Of a stretch of 64,000 nucleotides of DNA, positions 28,452 through 37,258 are shown piece by piece (position 1 is the stretch's first letter; the number at the start of each line of letters is the position of its first letter). The translations under genes were made by a program, and so were the position numbers. Source of the DNA: a virus; the IMG/VR virus record IMGVR_UViG_3300042475_004151; one strand, 5' to 3'. The notes under the pieces were generated by a model. That model saw nothing but the letters and a program-made list of their open reading frames with translations. It had not been told where the DNA came from and made no database searches.

Positions 28452-29753
28452 TTAATTAAGGTTAAGCAAACTTTCAGCTACATAAATACCATGAGCACCT
28501 GATACTGTTATACCGCGAGCACTTAAAGCATCACCAACAAAGTGTACATTTGGATACTCATTTAATGATAAGTCTGTATAATTAACTAACGGTTCAGGAG
28601 ATAAATATTTTACTTCAGGAATGTACATACCCCAATCATCACCAAATTCAAATACTTTATTCATATCATTGATAAAATCAGTAATATATTTAAAATATCC
28701 TTGAAATTCTTTATCTACATCTTTTAAACCAATTTCATCAATTTGAGCTGTATTAATAGATGTTCCTTCTGATGTATTTGATGGTGTTCGAGTATTATTA
28801 GGTGAATAATATAATCCTGTGTTATTAGGTCTTATTTGTAGTTTATTTACTAAGTCACGTGACCATTTAAATGGGTCTTCAATACCTTTGATTTCCATTA
28901 ATATACCAAAGTTGGTCATATTATTTCTAAATTCTTCTCCTTTTTTTGCATGGCCGTTGTATGTAACATCACCATACGTTTCTTCAACCGCCACATAAGC
29001 AGCGTTATTATTAGTGCAAAAGCTACGAAGGGATACGTTATCAAATTTTTGATAGAGTTTAAAGTCATAGCTGATATCTATTAGTTTTTGAAAGTATTTT
29101 TGTGGTGCTTCAAATCGAATACCAATTTGTACTGATTTAGCTTCGTTAGGTAGTTGATAATCATCTGCTAATTTTTGAGCAAAATCAATACCTGATTTAC
29201 CTACTGCGAATATTAGTTCTTCATATTTAAGATAATTATGTCCTATTCCTATTTCATTAGTATTAAAGTTAATAGTATTTACTTCAGTATTCCAAGCAAA
29301 CTTAACACCTTTATCTACTAAAAATGAATACCATGATTTAGCAATTTCATGTAAGAAATTACTTCCAATATGCCATACAGGAAATAAACGTAATCCAAAA
29401 TATGGTTTAATGAAGTCAGGTTCAGCAATAGGATCAGACATAAAAATTTCATCTGGTTTAGGATGAAAACGAGTAAAATTATCTACTACTTGTTTCATTA
29501 ATTCCATTGCTTTTTCCTCACCACAGTATTTAGATAATTGACCACCAATTGCTGTATGATAAGTTAATTTACCATCAGACCAACCACCAGCACCTAACAT
29601 ACCTGTCATTACTTCTTCAGGTAAGCGATTTATTGGGTCATTACCTTTGTCTATGATTGTAATTAAACTACCATCATATCCATTGTCTACTAATTTAGTA
29701 GCAGCGTTTATACCAGCTACACCTGCTCCTACAATGACTATTCTTTTATCCAT
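28452..29753 (-). CDS. FAD-dependent oxidoreductase (uncharacterised NAD(FAD)-utilising dehydrogenase family)
   Basis: IVIVGAGVAG Rossmann motif; GAGGWSDGKL, RSFCTN, NGHA, PEVKY and FVGD motifs. Confidence 0.85.
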   Translation of the reverse strand: MDKRIVIVGAGVAGINAATKLVDNGYDGSLITIIDKGNDPINRLPEEVMTGMLGAGGWSDGKLTYHTAIGGQLSKYCGEEKAMELMKQVVDNFTRFHPKPDEIFMSDPIAEPDFIKPYFGLRLFPVWHIGSNFLHEIAKSWYSFLVDKGVKFAWNTEVNTINFNTNEIGIGHNYLKYEELIFAVGKSGIDFAQKLADDYQLPNEAKSVQIGIRFEAPQKYFQKLIDISYDFKLYQKFDNVSLRSFCTNNNAAYVAVEETYGDVTYNGHAKKGEEFRNNMTNFGILMEIKGIEDPFKWSRDLVNKLQIRPNNTGLYYSPNNTRTPSNTSEGTSINTAQIDEIGLKDVDKEFQGYFKYITDFINDMNKVFEFGDDWGMYIPEVKYLSPEPLVNYTDLSLNEYPNVHFVGDALSARGITVSGAHGIYVAESLLNLN

Positions 29754-30223
29754 TTAGGTATGTTATTTAATTTGTTATAATTTAATTTTTTAATTCCAAT
29801 TTTATCTTTAATATAGAAATTTCTATATGCTTCTATTGTATCGTTTGATTTATATTCATCAGGCATACATTGTGGTGGTGGCCTAAATTCAATTTCCGGA
29901 ATCTTACCAACTAATAAAGATAAGTTATCTTTTACCCAAAGCAAAACTTTTTCTGTAGCATGTGATTTACCATATCTAACAACAAACTCATTACATATTT
30001 CTAAACCATGTTCAAGTAACCATTTAGTATGATAAATTGATTCACGAACCCATTTTGTTGATGGATGGTTATAATGAGCTTTCTTATATGGTGCATCAAT
30101 ACCATAGTGGTGAAATACTGTACATAACATTTGAGCAGATTCAATTTGCATTTTGCGAATATGATCATCTACTAATTGTTTAGCGGCTATTTTTGGATCA
30201 GGATGTATGTAAAATATATTCAT
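29738..30223 (-). CDS. Pyrimidine-dimer DNA glycosylase-like protein (DenV/endonuclease V family)
   Basis: MNIFY...D.HIRKM.IESAQML, HYNHPSTKWVRES and PPQCMPDEYK..EAYRNFY motifs. Start moved from track 30241 to MNIFY. Confidence 0.8.
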   Translation of the reverse strand: MNIFYIHPDPKIAAKQLVDDHIRKMQIESAQMLCTVFHHYGIDAPYKKAHYNHPSTKWVRESIYHTKWLLEHGLEICNEFVVRYGKSHATEKVLLWVKDNLSLLVGKIPEIEFRPPPQCMPDEYKSNDTIEAYRNFYIKDKIGIKKLNYNKLNNIPKWIKE

Positions 30224-30252
30224 ATTAATAATATAATTCATTTATATAGGTC

Positions 30253-30285
30253 AAATAAAGGTGGCGCCCTTTTTAGGGGCGCCAC
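30253..30285 (-). terminator. Intrinsic terminator
   Basis: GTGGCGCCC/GGGCGCCAC perfect 9-bp stem followed by sense CTTTATTT. Confidence 0.7.
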
Positions 30286-30340
30286 AGCTGCCATATTTTA
30301 TCTCTTTTGAGTGACTGGCTATGAATCAGTCTATATGTGT

Positions 30341-30652
30341 TTATTTAATAGCGTTAGCTATATATTCTTCTACTTCTTTAGATACGTTATCATAATCACC
30401 TTCAGTATCAAATTTTTCAAGAATAAAGTCAATAAAGTCATTTTCAAAATAATCAACATCTATTAAATCTTCAAAATCACCATCTCTTTTAGCGTCCCTT
30501 ACAGATTTATCTATAAATAATTTTAATTTTGGAGTTAATGATAATCCTTCTTCAACTTCTTCATTTTTCATTAGTGAGTCACGATATTCACCTTCAGTGA
30601 TTAATCCAGCTAAAAGCTGCATTTTTTTAATTTCGTTAATTTGCTTTTTCAT
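30341..30652 (-). CDS. Putative internal head protein, class A leader, acidic body
   Basis: MKKQINEIKKMQLLAGLITEGEY leader. Confidence 0.75.
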   Translation of the reverse strand: MKKQINEIKKMQLLAGLITEGEYRDSLMKNEEVEEGLSLTPKLKLFIDKSVRDAKRDGDFEDLIDVDYFENDFIDFILEKFDTEGDYDNVSKEVEEYIANAIK

Positions 30653-30676
30653 TTTTTTTTATTGTGATTATAAATA

Positions 30677-32197
30677 TTATATCTTATTATAAGATAATTC
30701 AATTCTATTACCAGATATTTTATCTCCTTTATAAACAGATTCTTTAGTATACACAATTGGTCTTAAACCAGCTGTAGCGGATCTAGTTGAGTCATGTCTT
30801 ACTACTAATATTGGCTCATATTTTGTTCCAATAATATCTTCTAAACTTGTAGCTAAGTTATCTACACTAATTGTTAGTATTTTACCTTTTAAAGTAAAAT
30901 CACTTTCATCAAATGTTTCTTTAACTACTACGGTTTGTGGTTTATCAGAACCAAATACAATTGAATCCATATCATTATTATTTAAATCAGTTATAATGAT
31001 ACCACTATATTCTTGATTAGTAGATGGATTATATAATCTATAAATATCTTTTTTATTAGATTTAGTTAAACCAAGATTTTTATAAGGCTTTTTAAGTAAT
31101 TTATCTACAAGTTTAATTATTAAATCTTTATAACGCTTATCAGCACTTTCCCACATTACAGCGTTTTCTTGTTTTAATGATAAATTACCTACAACTTTAC
31201 CATTAGATAATAGTCTAATATCTGATTTTTTATTTCCTGAAGTATCACGTCCTGCTTCTTCAGCTTTATCAACATTATTAAATTTTATACTTTTACCATT
31301 GTCGCCTTTAACAACAATATTAATAGGACTACCTACTTCTTCAACAGTTGAATTGATTTTATTAGCTAAAAATGACTCATTTCCTAAACCAGCACTGCCT
31401 CCACCTTGTTTTTCTTTAGGTTTTGGTATAATAACACCTTTATCTTTAGTTATAATAGCACCAATAGAAGAGCCTTTGTAATCTCTATCCCATTTATATC
31501 CAGGTAACTTTATAAATTTATCAAGAGTAGCTTGTCTTTCTTTAGCGGGTACTAATAATTTAACTTTATCTCCACTTTTAGTTAATGGGATAATATCTTC
31601 ATCTTTATATCCTAATTTTTTAAGATCAGATACAATATTTTCTTTAATTAATCTAATACCTAATTTTTTTGACTCAGCTAATTCTTCAGGTGCTTCCTCT
31701 TCAGTTGGTGTTTCTTCAGGTGTTGCTTCTGGATTTGGAGCATTCTCATCTGTTTCATCTGGGGTAGAAGCTAATTCAGTTTCAGGACCCTCAGCTTGTG
31801 GTGGAGCTCCCATCACTAATAGATTAGATATTTCAATAGTAGCTACTTCAAGTTCACTTACTTTTAATAACCAAAATTTCTTACCACTTACTTTAGCTTC
31901 ATAACATTTACCCATATATGTTAAGTAAAAATAACGATTGTTATGTAAAACAATCTTAAATATGGTTGGTTTAGGTGCCATTATATAAACACCTGATATG
32001 TAGTCTCTAAAGTCTGCGGTTAATAATTTAACTAGAGTTTCTTGTAGTGAAGGATATTTCTGTAATATGAATTCTAATGGATTAGATTCATAAGTTAGTT
32101 CTTGAGGAGCAGGAGCAGTAGTAACATCCAATTGTTGATCTATTACTTCATCTTCTACTTCTTTAAGTGGTTTAGATCTTAATATTTTAATCTTCAT
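30677..32197 (-). CDS. Two-part protein with a C-terminal PD-(D/E)XK restriction-endonuclease-like domain
   Basis: AGLGNESFL...KKSDIRLLSNGKVVGNLSLKQ (E...D...SLK arrangement); acidic linker ending LAE/IKE. Confidence 0.65.
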   Translation of the reverse strand: MKIKILRSKPLKEVEDEVIDQQLDVTTAPAPQELTYESNPLEFILQKYPSLQETLVKLLTADFRDYISGVYIMAPKPTIFKIVLHNNRYFYLTYMGKCYEAKVSGKKFWLLKVSELEVATIEISNLLVMGAPPQAEGPETELASTPDETDENAPNPEATPEETPTEEEAPEELAESKKLGIRLIKENIVSDLKKLGYKDEDIIPLTKSGDKVKLLVPAKERQATLDKFIKLPGYKWDRDYKGSSIGAIITKDKGVIIPKPKEKQGGGSAGLGNESFLANKINSTVEEVGSPINIVVKGDNGKSIKFNNVDKAEEAGRDTSGNKKSDIRLLSNGKVVGNLSLKQENAVMWESADKRYKDLIIKLVDKLLKKPYKNLGLTKSNKKDIYRLYNPSTNQEYSGIIITDLNNNDMDSIVFGSDKPQTVVVKETFDESDFTLKGKILTISVDNLATSLEDIIGTKYEPILVVRHDSTRSATAGLRPIVYTKESVYKGDKISGNRIELSYNKI

Positions 32198-32543
32198 ATT
32201 CGTTATCTAATTTGTGATATCCTTTATTGGCTTGTGAAATATAATTTTCAGAATTGGTGATATGATCTTGAATCCATCCAGGAATATCAAATTCTTCATT
32301 TCCTATTTTACTCATTAGTTCTGAAGCAGCTCCTATAATAGATTTTAAACTTGATTGAGCCATAGATACTTCATGGTCTTCACCTTCTTTAGCTACAATT
32401 TTAGCTTGTAATTCATCAGGTAAATCTTTTTGTCCACCTTTTAATTCAGGATTATCATCATGTTTGTCAGTGAATGTAGCTTCATCTATTTCTTTAATGG
32501 CTTGTTGTAATCGCCAGTTATGCATACTAAAATTGTCTTTCAT
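32187..32543 (-). CDS. Putative internal head protein (start corrected to MKDNFSMHNW)
   Basis: ATG at 32543 abuts the stop of the upstream gene at 32545; DHEVSMAQSSL...PGWIQDHIT. Confidence 0.75.
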   Translation of the reverse strand: MKDNFSMHNWRLQQAIKEIDEATFTDKHDDNPELKGGQKDLPDELQAKIVAKEGEDHEVSMAQSSLKSIIGAASELMSKIGNEEFDIPGWIQDHITNSENYISQANKGYHKLDNEYED

Positions 32544-32544
32544 A

Positions 32545-32913
32545 TTATTTTGTTTTACCCCAAGTTTTTCCTTTACCTTTTTTCTTACATCCAGCAGGTG
32601 TTGGTCTACATGATGGGTATTTTGATCTTTTTTCGCCTTCTTTTCTTCCACAAGATTTATATCCTCCGTTTCCATCAGGAGCATTACAATCTACCCAACC
32701 AGTTTCTTTACCTTTAGGACCAGAACGTTTAAACCATTTATGTAATGATTCATCTTCTTTTAAATCTTTCCAAATGTCACCTTTACGGCATCTAACAATA
32801 GCTCCTGATTTATAAGCAGATGGTTTATCATAACGTCTATCAGCTATACGATGGCATCTATCTTTTTTCTTTTCAAGAAGTACCTCAATCAATATGTCTA
32901 TTAGACGAATCAT
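32545..32913 (-). CDS. Basic Cys-containing hypothetical protein, class D leader
   Basis: MIRLIDILIEVLLE leader; PSAYKSG and LHKWF..WVDC..CGR..YPSCRP modules. Confidence 0.75.
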   Translation of the reverse strand: MIRLIDILIEVLLEKKKDRCHRIADRRYDKPSAYKSGAIVRCRKGDIWKDLKEDESLHKWFKRSGPKGKETGWVDCNAPDGNGGYKSCGRKEGEKRSKYPSCRPTPAGCKKKGKGKTWGKTK

Positions 32914-33452
32914 TATGCTAATAATTTAGTTATATAGTTTTTAACTTCACCACCCTTAACAGCTGTTAATGCTGCTTCTAAAGTAGCTAAAGATATTTCT
33001 TTTGATTGTAAAGCTTTTACAGCTGTAGCACCTGATGCTATAAGTAAAATAGCTATAATGACATGAAATATAAAACTAGAAATCTTTTTAGCTTTATTTT
33101 CATCTTTAACAAATTTTTTAACAACTAACTCAATTGGTTTCATATATAAATGATGTAATTCATCTGCTATACGACTCATTTGAGCAAAATATTTATCTGC
33201 CTCGTTTTGATCAGTTGGTTTAGTACCTATTGTTCTTTTAACAATAGAAGATAAAGATTTACCTAAACGAGCTACTATACCTAGAATAGCAGGTAATGCT
33301 AAAGCTATACTAGCTGTAGTTACAATACCTTCTTTTTGTTCTGTAGCTTTATCTTCAATAGCATCTTGTACACTATCAATAAAAGCACTCATTTGAGGTT
33401 TTACTTGAGCTATAAAACTTGATACTTCGTCTTCTTTAATTCTAATTTTCAT
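32913..33452 (-). CDS. Hypothetical protein with hydrophobic helices, class E leader
   Basis: MKIRIKE leader; two hydrophobic segments. Confidence 0.7.
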   Translation of the reverse strand: MKIRIKEDEVSSFIAQVKPQMSAFIDSVQDAIEDKATEQKEGIVTTASIALALPAILGIVARLGKSLSSIVKRTIGTKPTDQNEADKYFAQMSRIADELHHLYMKPIELVVKKFVKDENKAKKISSFIFHVIIAILLIASGATAVKALQSKEISLATLEAALTAVKGGEVKNYITKLLA

Positions 33453-33453
33453 A

Positions 33454-33741
33454 CTATTTGATTATACGTGCTGTTCTATTTTTTAGATTTTTAAGTATAT
33501 CTCTAAATTGAGCTAATTCAGAATCTTTAGGTGCTTTATCTAAATAATCAACTAAATCATCAAGTCTATTATATAAAAACTTAGGATCAACATCATATTT
33601 AACATCCCATTCATGTCTACCTGTTTCAGGATCAATTTTAGTTAAAGTAGTTTTAACACCAGTAGTTGGATCAGTAACAGTTTTACCAATCTCCTCTTCA
33701 GCAATTTCTTTAACTATATTTTTTAAATCAGATTTTTTCAT
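33454..33741 (-). CDS. Hypothetical protein, class C leader
   Basis: MKKSDLKNIVKEIAEE leader. Confidence 0.75.
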   Translation of the reverse strand: MKKSDLKNIVKEIAEEEIGKTVTDPTTGVKTTLTKIDPETGRHEWDVKYDVDPKFLYNRLDDLVDYLDKAPKDSELAQFRDILKNLKNRTARIIK

Positions 33742-34184
33742 TAGTCTTTAGTTACATCTTTTAATTCATCAACTACATCTTTAGTAGCTTTTTTATTTTT
33801 CATGTATTCTTGTACTTTAGATAAAGTTTCTTCTTTCATTTTTCTGTAAGCTTCAGCAGCTACTTTAACTTCATCTTTTTTCTTATCACGCTCAGCTAAT
33901 AGTTTTTCAGCTAATTTTTTAGCTTTAACTTCTTTAGTGAATACACCTTTTATATCTTCTACATTTAAACCGCCTTTAACTTGGTTAGCGAAATAAGCGA
34001 CATCTTTACACTCAAAGCAAATATCGTCTATAGTAGCGCTGGTAGATGGTTTTTCAACCACCCAAAATGCACCTACCTCGTCAGTTTCAGGAGAAAATGC
34101 TTCATTAATTATATCTTCTTCAATCTCAGGTTTTACTTCTTCGATTGCTTCTCTGATTAGTTGTTTTAATTCAGATTTTTTCAT
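33741..34184 (-). CDS. Hypothetical protein, class C leader
   Basis: MKKSELKQLIREAIEE leader. Confidence 0.75.
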   Translation of the reverse strand: MKKSELKQLIREAIEEVKPEIEEDIINEAFSPETDEVGAFWVVEKPSTSATIDDICFECKDVAYFANQVKGGLNVEDIKGVFTKEVKAKKLAEKLLAERDKKKDEVKVAAEAYRKMKEETLSKVQEYMKNKKATKDVVDELKDVTKD

Positions 34185-34444
34185 TTTTTATATATTTTTA
34201 ATTTTAAATTTCCTGCGCCTTTTATTGTTCTATGCCACACATGTCGTGGTATAAATATTGGTTGGATCATAGACATTGGTAACTGGTTATCAAGTTGTAT
34301 TAACCAATTAGTATGTTCTATAGCTTCAACCAATCTATTTTCATCATCTCGATGCCACATTAATTCTATAGGATCAATGTTTTCATCAAATTCCCTAATT
34401 ATATATTCATCTGTCACAACTAAGTCCACATAAGGTTGACTCAT
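34181..34444 (-). CDS. Small cupin-like protein
   Basis: WHRD...IFIPRHVWHRTIKG cupin-type His motifs. Confidence 0.65.
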   Translation of the reverse strand: MSQPYVDLVVTDEYIIREFDENIDPIELMWHRDDENRLVEAIEHTNWLIQLDNQLPMSMIQPIFIPRHVWHRTIKGAGNLKLKIYKK

Positions 34445-34446
34445 TA

Positions 34447-34764
34447 TTATTTATTTTCTATTAATAATTCACCTAATACCTCTAAACGTCCCATTTCAGT
34501 TTGAAATTCATTTTGAGACATATCTAATGAAATACTTTTTAAAGTTTTATTAAATTCCTCTTTAGCTATTTCTTTATCTAATTTACCATCCGCTGCTTTT
34601 TTGTAATATGGTAATTTAACTTTGTAGTGCTTATAAGTTAATAAAGATAATCCACCAGCTTCTTGAGTAGTGTCAGCAATTTTTTCAGCACCTTTTAGTC
34701 TAGTACTAGCAAAATCTTCAATACTTTCTTTTACTTCTTTTAATATGTTTATTAGTTTTATCAT
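34447..34764 (-). CDS. Hypothetical protein, class D leader (start corrected to MIKLINILKE)
   Basis: ATG at 34764 abuts the upstream stop at 34766. Confidence 0.7.
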   Translation of the reverse strand: MIKLINILKEVKESIEDFASTRLKGAEKIADTTQEAGGLSLLTYKHYKVKLPYYKKAADGKLDKEIAKEEFNKTLKSISLDMSQNEFQTEMGRLEVLGELLIENK

Positions 34765-34765
34765 A

Positions 34766-35413
34766 TTACCAAAATCCACTAAATGTTGTTTTGAATCCTA
34801 ATAATTTAGCATAGCGAGGTAAACGACAACTCCAATATGATGCTTTGGTTCTGTCTTTTTTCTGTGGACAATTATGGCGTTTAGAAAACGCTTGTCTTGC
34901 TTTAGGATTGTTGAGCTTTGCTCTTAATCCTCCACCTGCCATTCCAAATGATACTTTTTTTATTTTATCTTTATCCTTAACATACACATAGAATTTTTTA
35001 GCACCACCACGTTTAGGTTTACCTATAGCAGGTTGTTTTTTTTCTTCTTCTAAAGCTTCTATTAAAAATTCCTCAGTCAGAGGTAAATCTAATGGAACCA
35101 TTATATCATTATACATTCCAAACTTACCAATATCTGTATTATCAAAATAATACTTATCAGCTTCACATAATTGTAAGCGTTTAGATTCATATAATCCTCT
35201 AGCTTCAACAAATAATTTTAAAAACATTGCTGATTGAGGACGATAAATTGATTCATGAAGTGGTAAATTACTTTCTATATGATAAAACATACCTTCAGAA
35301 AGGAAAATTGGTTCTTTATTTTCAGTTATGTTAAGTTTAGGACCATGATTATGTTCTTTTCCTACATAATCAATGATCTTAGCTATATGTTCTGATAGTT
35401 GTATTGAGTTCAT
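34766..35413 (-). CDS. Hypothetical protein with a basic C-terminal module
   Basis: After LEE: KKFYVYVK..KKVSFG...NPKARQAFSKRHNC...KASYWSC. Confidence 0.75.
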   Translation of the reverse strand: MNSIQLSEHIAKIIDYVGKEHNHGPKLNITENKEPIFLSEGMFYHIESNLPLHESIYRPQSAMFLKLFVEARGLYESKRLQLCEADKYYFDNTDIGKFGMYNDIMVPLDLPLTEEFLIEALEEEKKQPAIGKPKRGGAKKFYVYVKDKDKIKKVSFGMAGGGLRAKLNNPKARQAFSKRHNCPQKKDRTKASYWSCRLPRYAKLLGFKTTFSGFW

Positions 35414-35440
35414 TATTTATTAATAGTAAAGTTAATGGGA

Positions 35441-35773
35441 TTACTTTAATTTTATTGTTGTATCTTTTTGTAATTTCATATCAAAAGTAAGTATTGTTAC
35501 TCCTGGTTCAAAATATTTTTTATTAACCCATATTTCTTTTATTGAGCCTATATAATCAACTTTAAACGGAATATTTTTACTTGTTAAAAGTTCATTTACA
35601 ATTTTATAACGTGGACTTTTATTTTTAGGTTTTCTTTCAATCCAAACAGAATCACCTACATTAAACCAAATATCAAATCCCCATTCACTTAAAGTATCAA
35701 TATCATTTTGATTTAGTTTATTAGTTTTAACTTCATTTATTAATGATTCTTTTAAAATGTCTATTAGTTTCAT
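35441..35773 (-). CDS. Hypothetical protein, class D leader (start corrected to MKLIDILKE)
   Basis: ATG at 35773 abuts the upstream stop at 35775. Confidence 0.7.
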   Translation of the reverse strand: MKLIDILKESLINEVKTNKLNQNDIDTLSEWGFDIWFNVGDSVWIERKPKNKSPRYKIVNELLTSKNIPFKVDYIGSIKEIWVNKKYFEPGVTILTFDMKLQKDTTIKLK

Positions 35774-35774
35774 A

Positions 35775-36101
35775 TTAATAAGGTTTTGTAGTAGTTGCTT
35801 TAGGTACAGTTTGGAATTCAACTACACCTTCTATGTTTTTAATCTGGTCAATAATTTTATTAATACCAGCTTTAGTATCACTACCTAATGAATGGGTATC
35901 AATTTTAACATCAATTTGTGCCTCATATCTTAACTGATTTTCAGCTGATATGTTAGGTTGAGAAGCTTGTGAATTAACAATTGTAACACCTGGTAATGAA
36001 CGAATAGCAGATAAAATATCTGTTTGTTTCTTTACTTTTGTATTAGTAATTAATTTACCAACTATTTGAAATTGTTTATCTTCAATTATGCGAATCCTCA
36101 T
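35775..36101 (-). CDS. Small ferredoxin/ACT-like fold protein, class E leader
   Basis: MRIRIIE leader; IRSLPGVTIV and IKNIEGVVEF internal pseudo-repeat. Confidence 0.7.
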   Translation of the reverse strand: MRIRIIEDKQFQIVGKLITNTKVKKQTDILSAIRSLPGVTIVNSQASQPNISAENQLRYEAQIDVKIDTHSLGSDTKAGINKIIDQIKNIEGVVEFQTVPKATTTKPY

Positions 36102-36652
36102 TAATGTAAAAATTTAAGTTTGTACTTAGTTGATTCAATTAATGATACTACTTCATCAACTTGGTTTTGTATGTATGAATCTTGTGGTAATACGTTACGA
36201 TTTTTTTCAACGTACATACATAACGCTTCAAAATACTTAACTACACTACCTTCATCTTCCATCCATATACTTTCACTTTTATATCCTCTTAAGATACCAT
36301 AACGGCCTTGATATGATTCAATAATACCATCTACTAAACCTACAATTTCATCATAATATGTGTTTAATGCAGAATGAGCAGCAAATGATGGTGTTTGTAA
36401 ATGAAATATATGAGCCTGTGTACGGGAAGCAAAAAGTGTTGACACAAAATTTGCCATCGTATTTGATGGTTCTGGTATTTCAATAGAAATTTCTGGTTGA
36501 TCAGGGTTAATTGTAGAAATATCAAATCTTTCTTTTAATTCAGCAGCGTATAATGCTTTCATGTATTTTTCAGCTGTGTCTGTATCTTTAGAACAGCCAA
36601 CTTTGGCGCCTGTTTCTTTATATACACAATTTCCTTTACGTTTGTATGGCAT
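36101..36652 (-). CDS. Ferritin/Dps-like four-helix-bundle protein with a short basic N-terminal module
   Basis: HIFHLQT.SFAAHSALNTYYD...DGIIESYQG...QNQVDEV...KYKL. Confidence 0.75.
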   Translation of the reverse strand: MPYKRKGNCVYKETGAKVGCSKDTDTAEKYMKALYAAELKERFDISTINPDQPEISIEIPEPSNTMANFVSTLFASRTQAHIFHLQTPSFAAHSALNTYYDEIVGLVDGIIESYQGRYGILRGYKSESIWMEDEGSVVKYFEALCMYVEKNRNVLPQDSYIQNQVDEVVSLIESTKYKLKFLH

Positions 36653-36682
36653 TTTATATAGTTTTTATCCTATATAAATATA

Positions 36683-37258
36683 TTACAATTGCTGTTCACG
36701 TAACTTTTTAATATATTCTTTAACGTTTTTTATTTCATCATCATTAATTTTACCTCCACCCCATGATTCAATTACACCCTGCTCATTTATATATGATTCA
36801 TTTTTAGTTGATAAAAAATTATTAACAGCTTCTTCAAAATCATTAATCATAGCATCTTTATTAGTATTCATCATTGATTTTTCATACTCATTCCACTTGC
36901 CACTAATTTTAATTTTAGTTTCCATATCTACAACACAATCAAAACACATTTTATGTATAGTCCACATTTTCTTATTATACTCATTTATTTTCATTGGATT
37001 GTTACAATGAGGACAAGAGATAGGCATAACAAATAGACGTTTTAAAGTGTCATATTTTGTGACTGTTTGTTTAATACCATTTTTAATAGTCCAAACTTTA
37101 CCTGTATCTTCCCAAATGTCACCTTCTTGATAATCAATATGTTGTTTTGTATAACCTATTTGAGTACCTACAGAACCGCCAGAATTACCTGTAATAATAT
37201 TTCTCATTCTCTGTACATCACGTTTAGAGAATTCTTTTTTTAATTGATTTTCATTCAT
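36683..37258 (-). CDS. Zn-ribbon-containing hypothetical protein
   Basis: CPHC...CFDC; EGDIWEDTGKVWTIKNG. Confidence 0.7.
   Translation of the reverse strand: MNENQLKKEFSKRDVQRMRNIITGNSGGSVGTQIGYTKQHIDYQEGDIWEDTGKVWTIKNGIKQTVTKYDTLKRLFVMPISCPHCNNPMKINEYNKKMWTIHKMCFDCVVDMETKIKISGKWNEYEKSMMNTNKDAMINDFEEAVNNFLSTKNESYINEQGVIESWGGGKINDDEIKNVKEYIKKLREQQL

Noticed and set aside
32544-35821. Track start sites 32684, 34779 and 35821 (also 30241)
   Set aside because: For the first three, the extensions overlap upstream genes, and downstream ATGs at 32543, 34764 and 35773 abut the previous stop and expose the leader motifs. For 30241, the ATG at 30223 gives the family-typical MNIF start.
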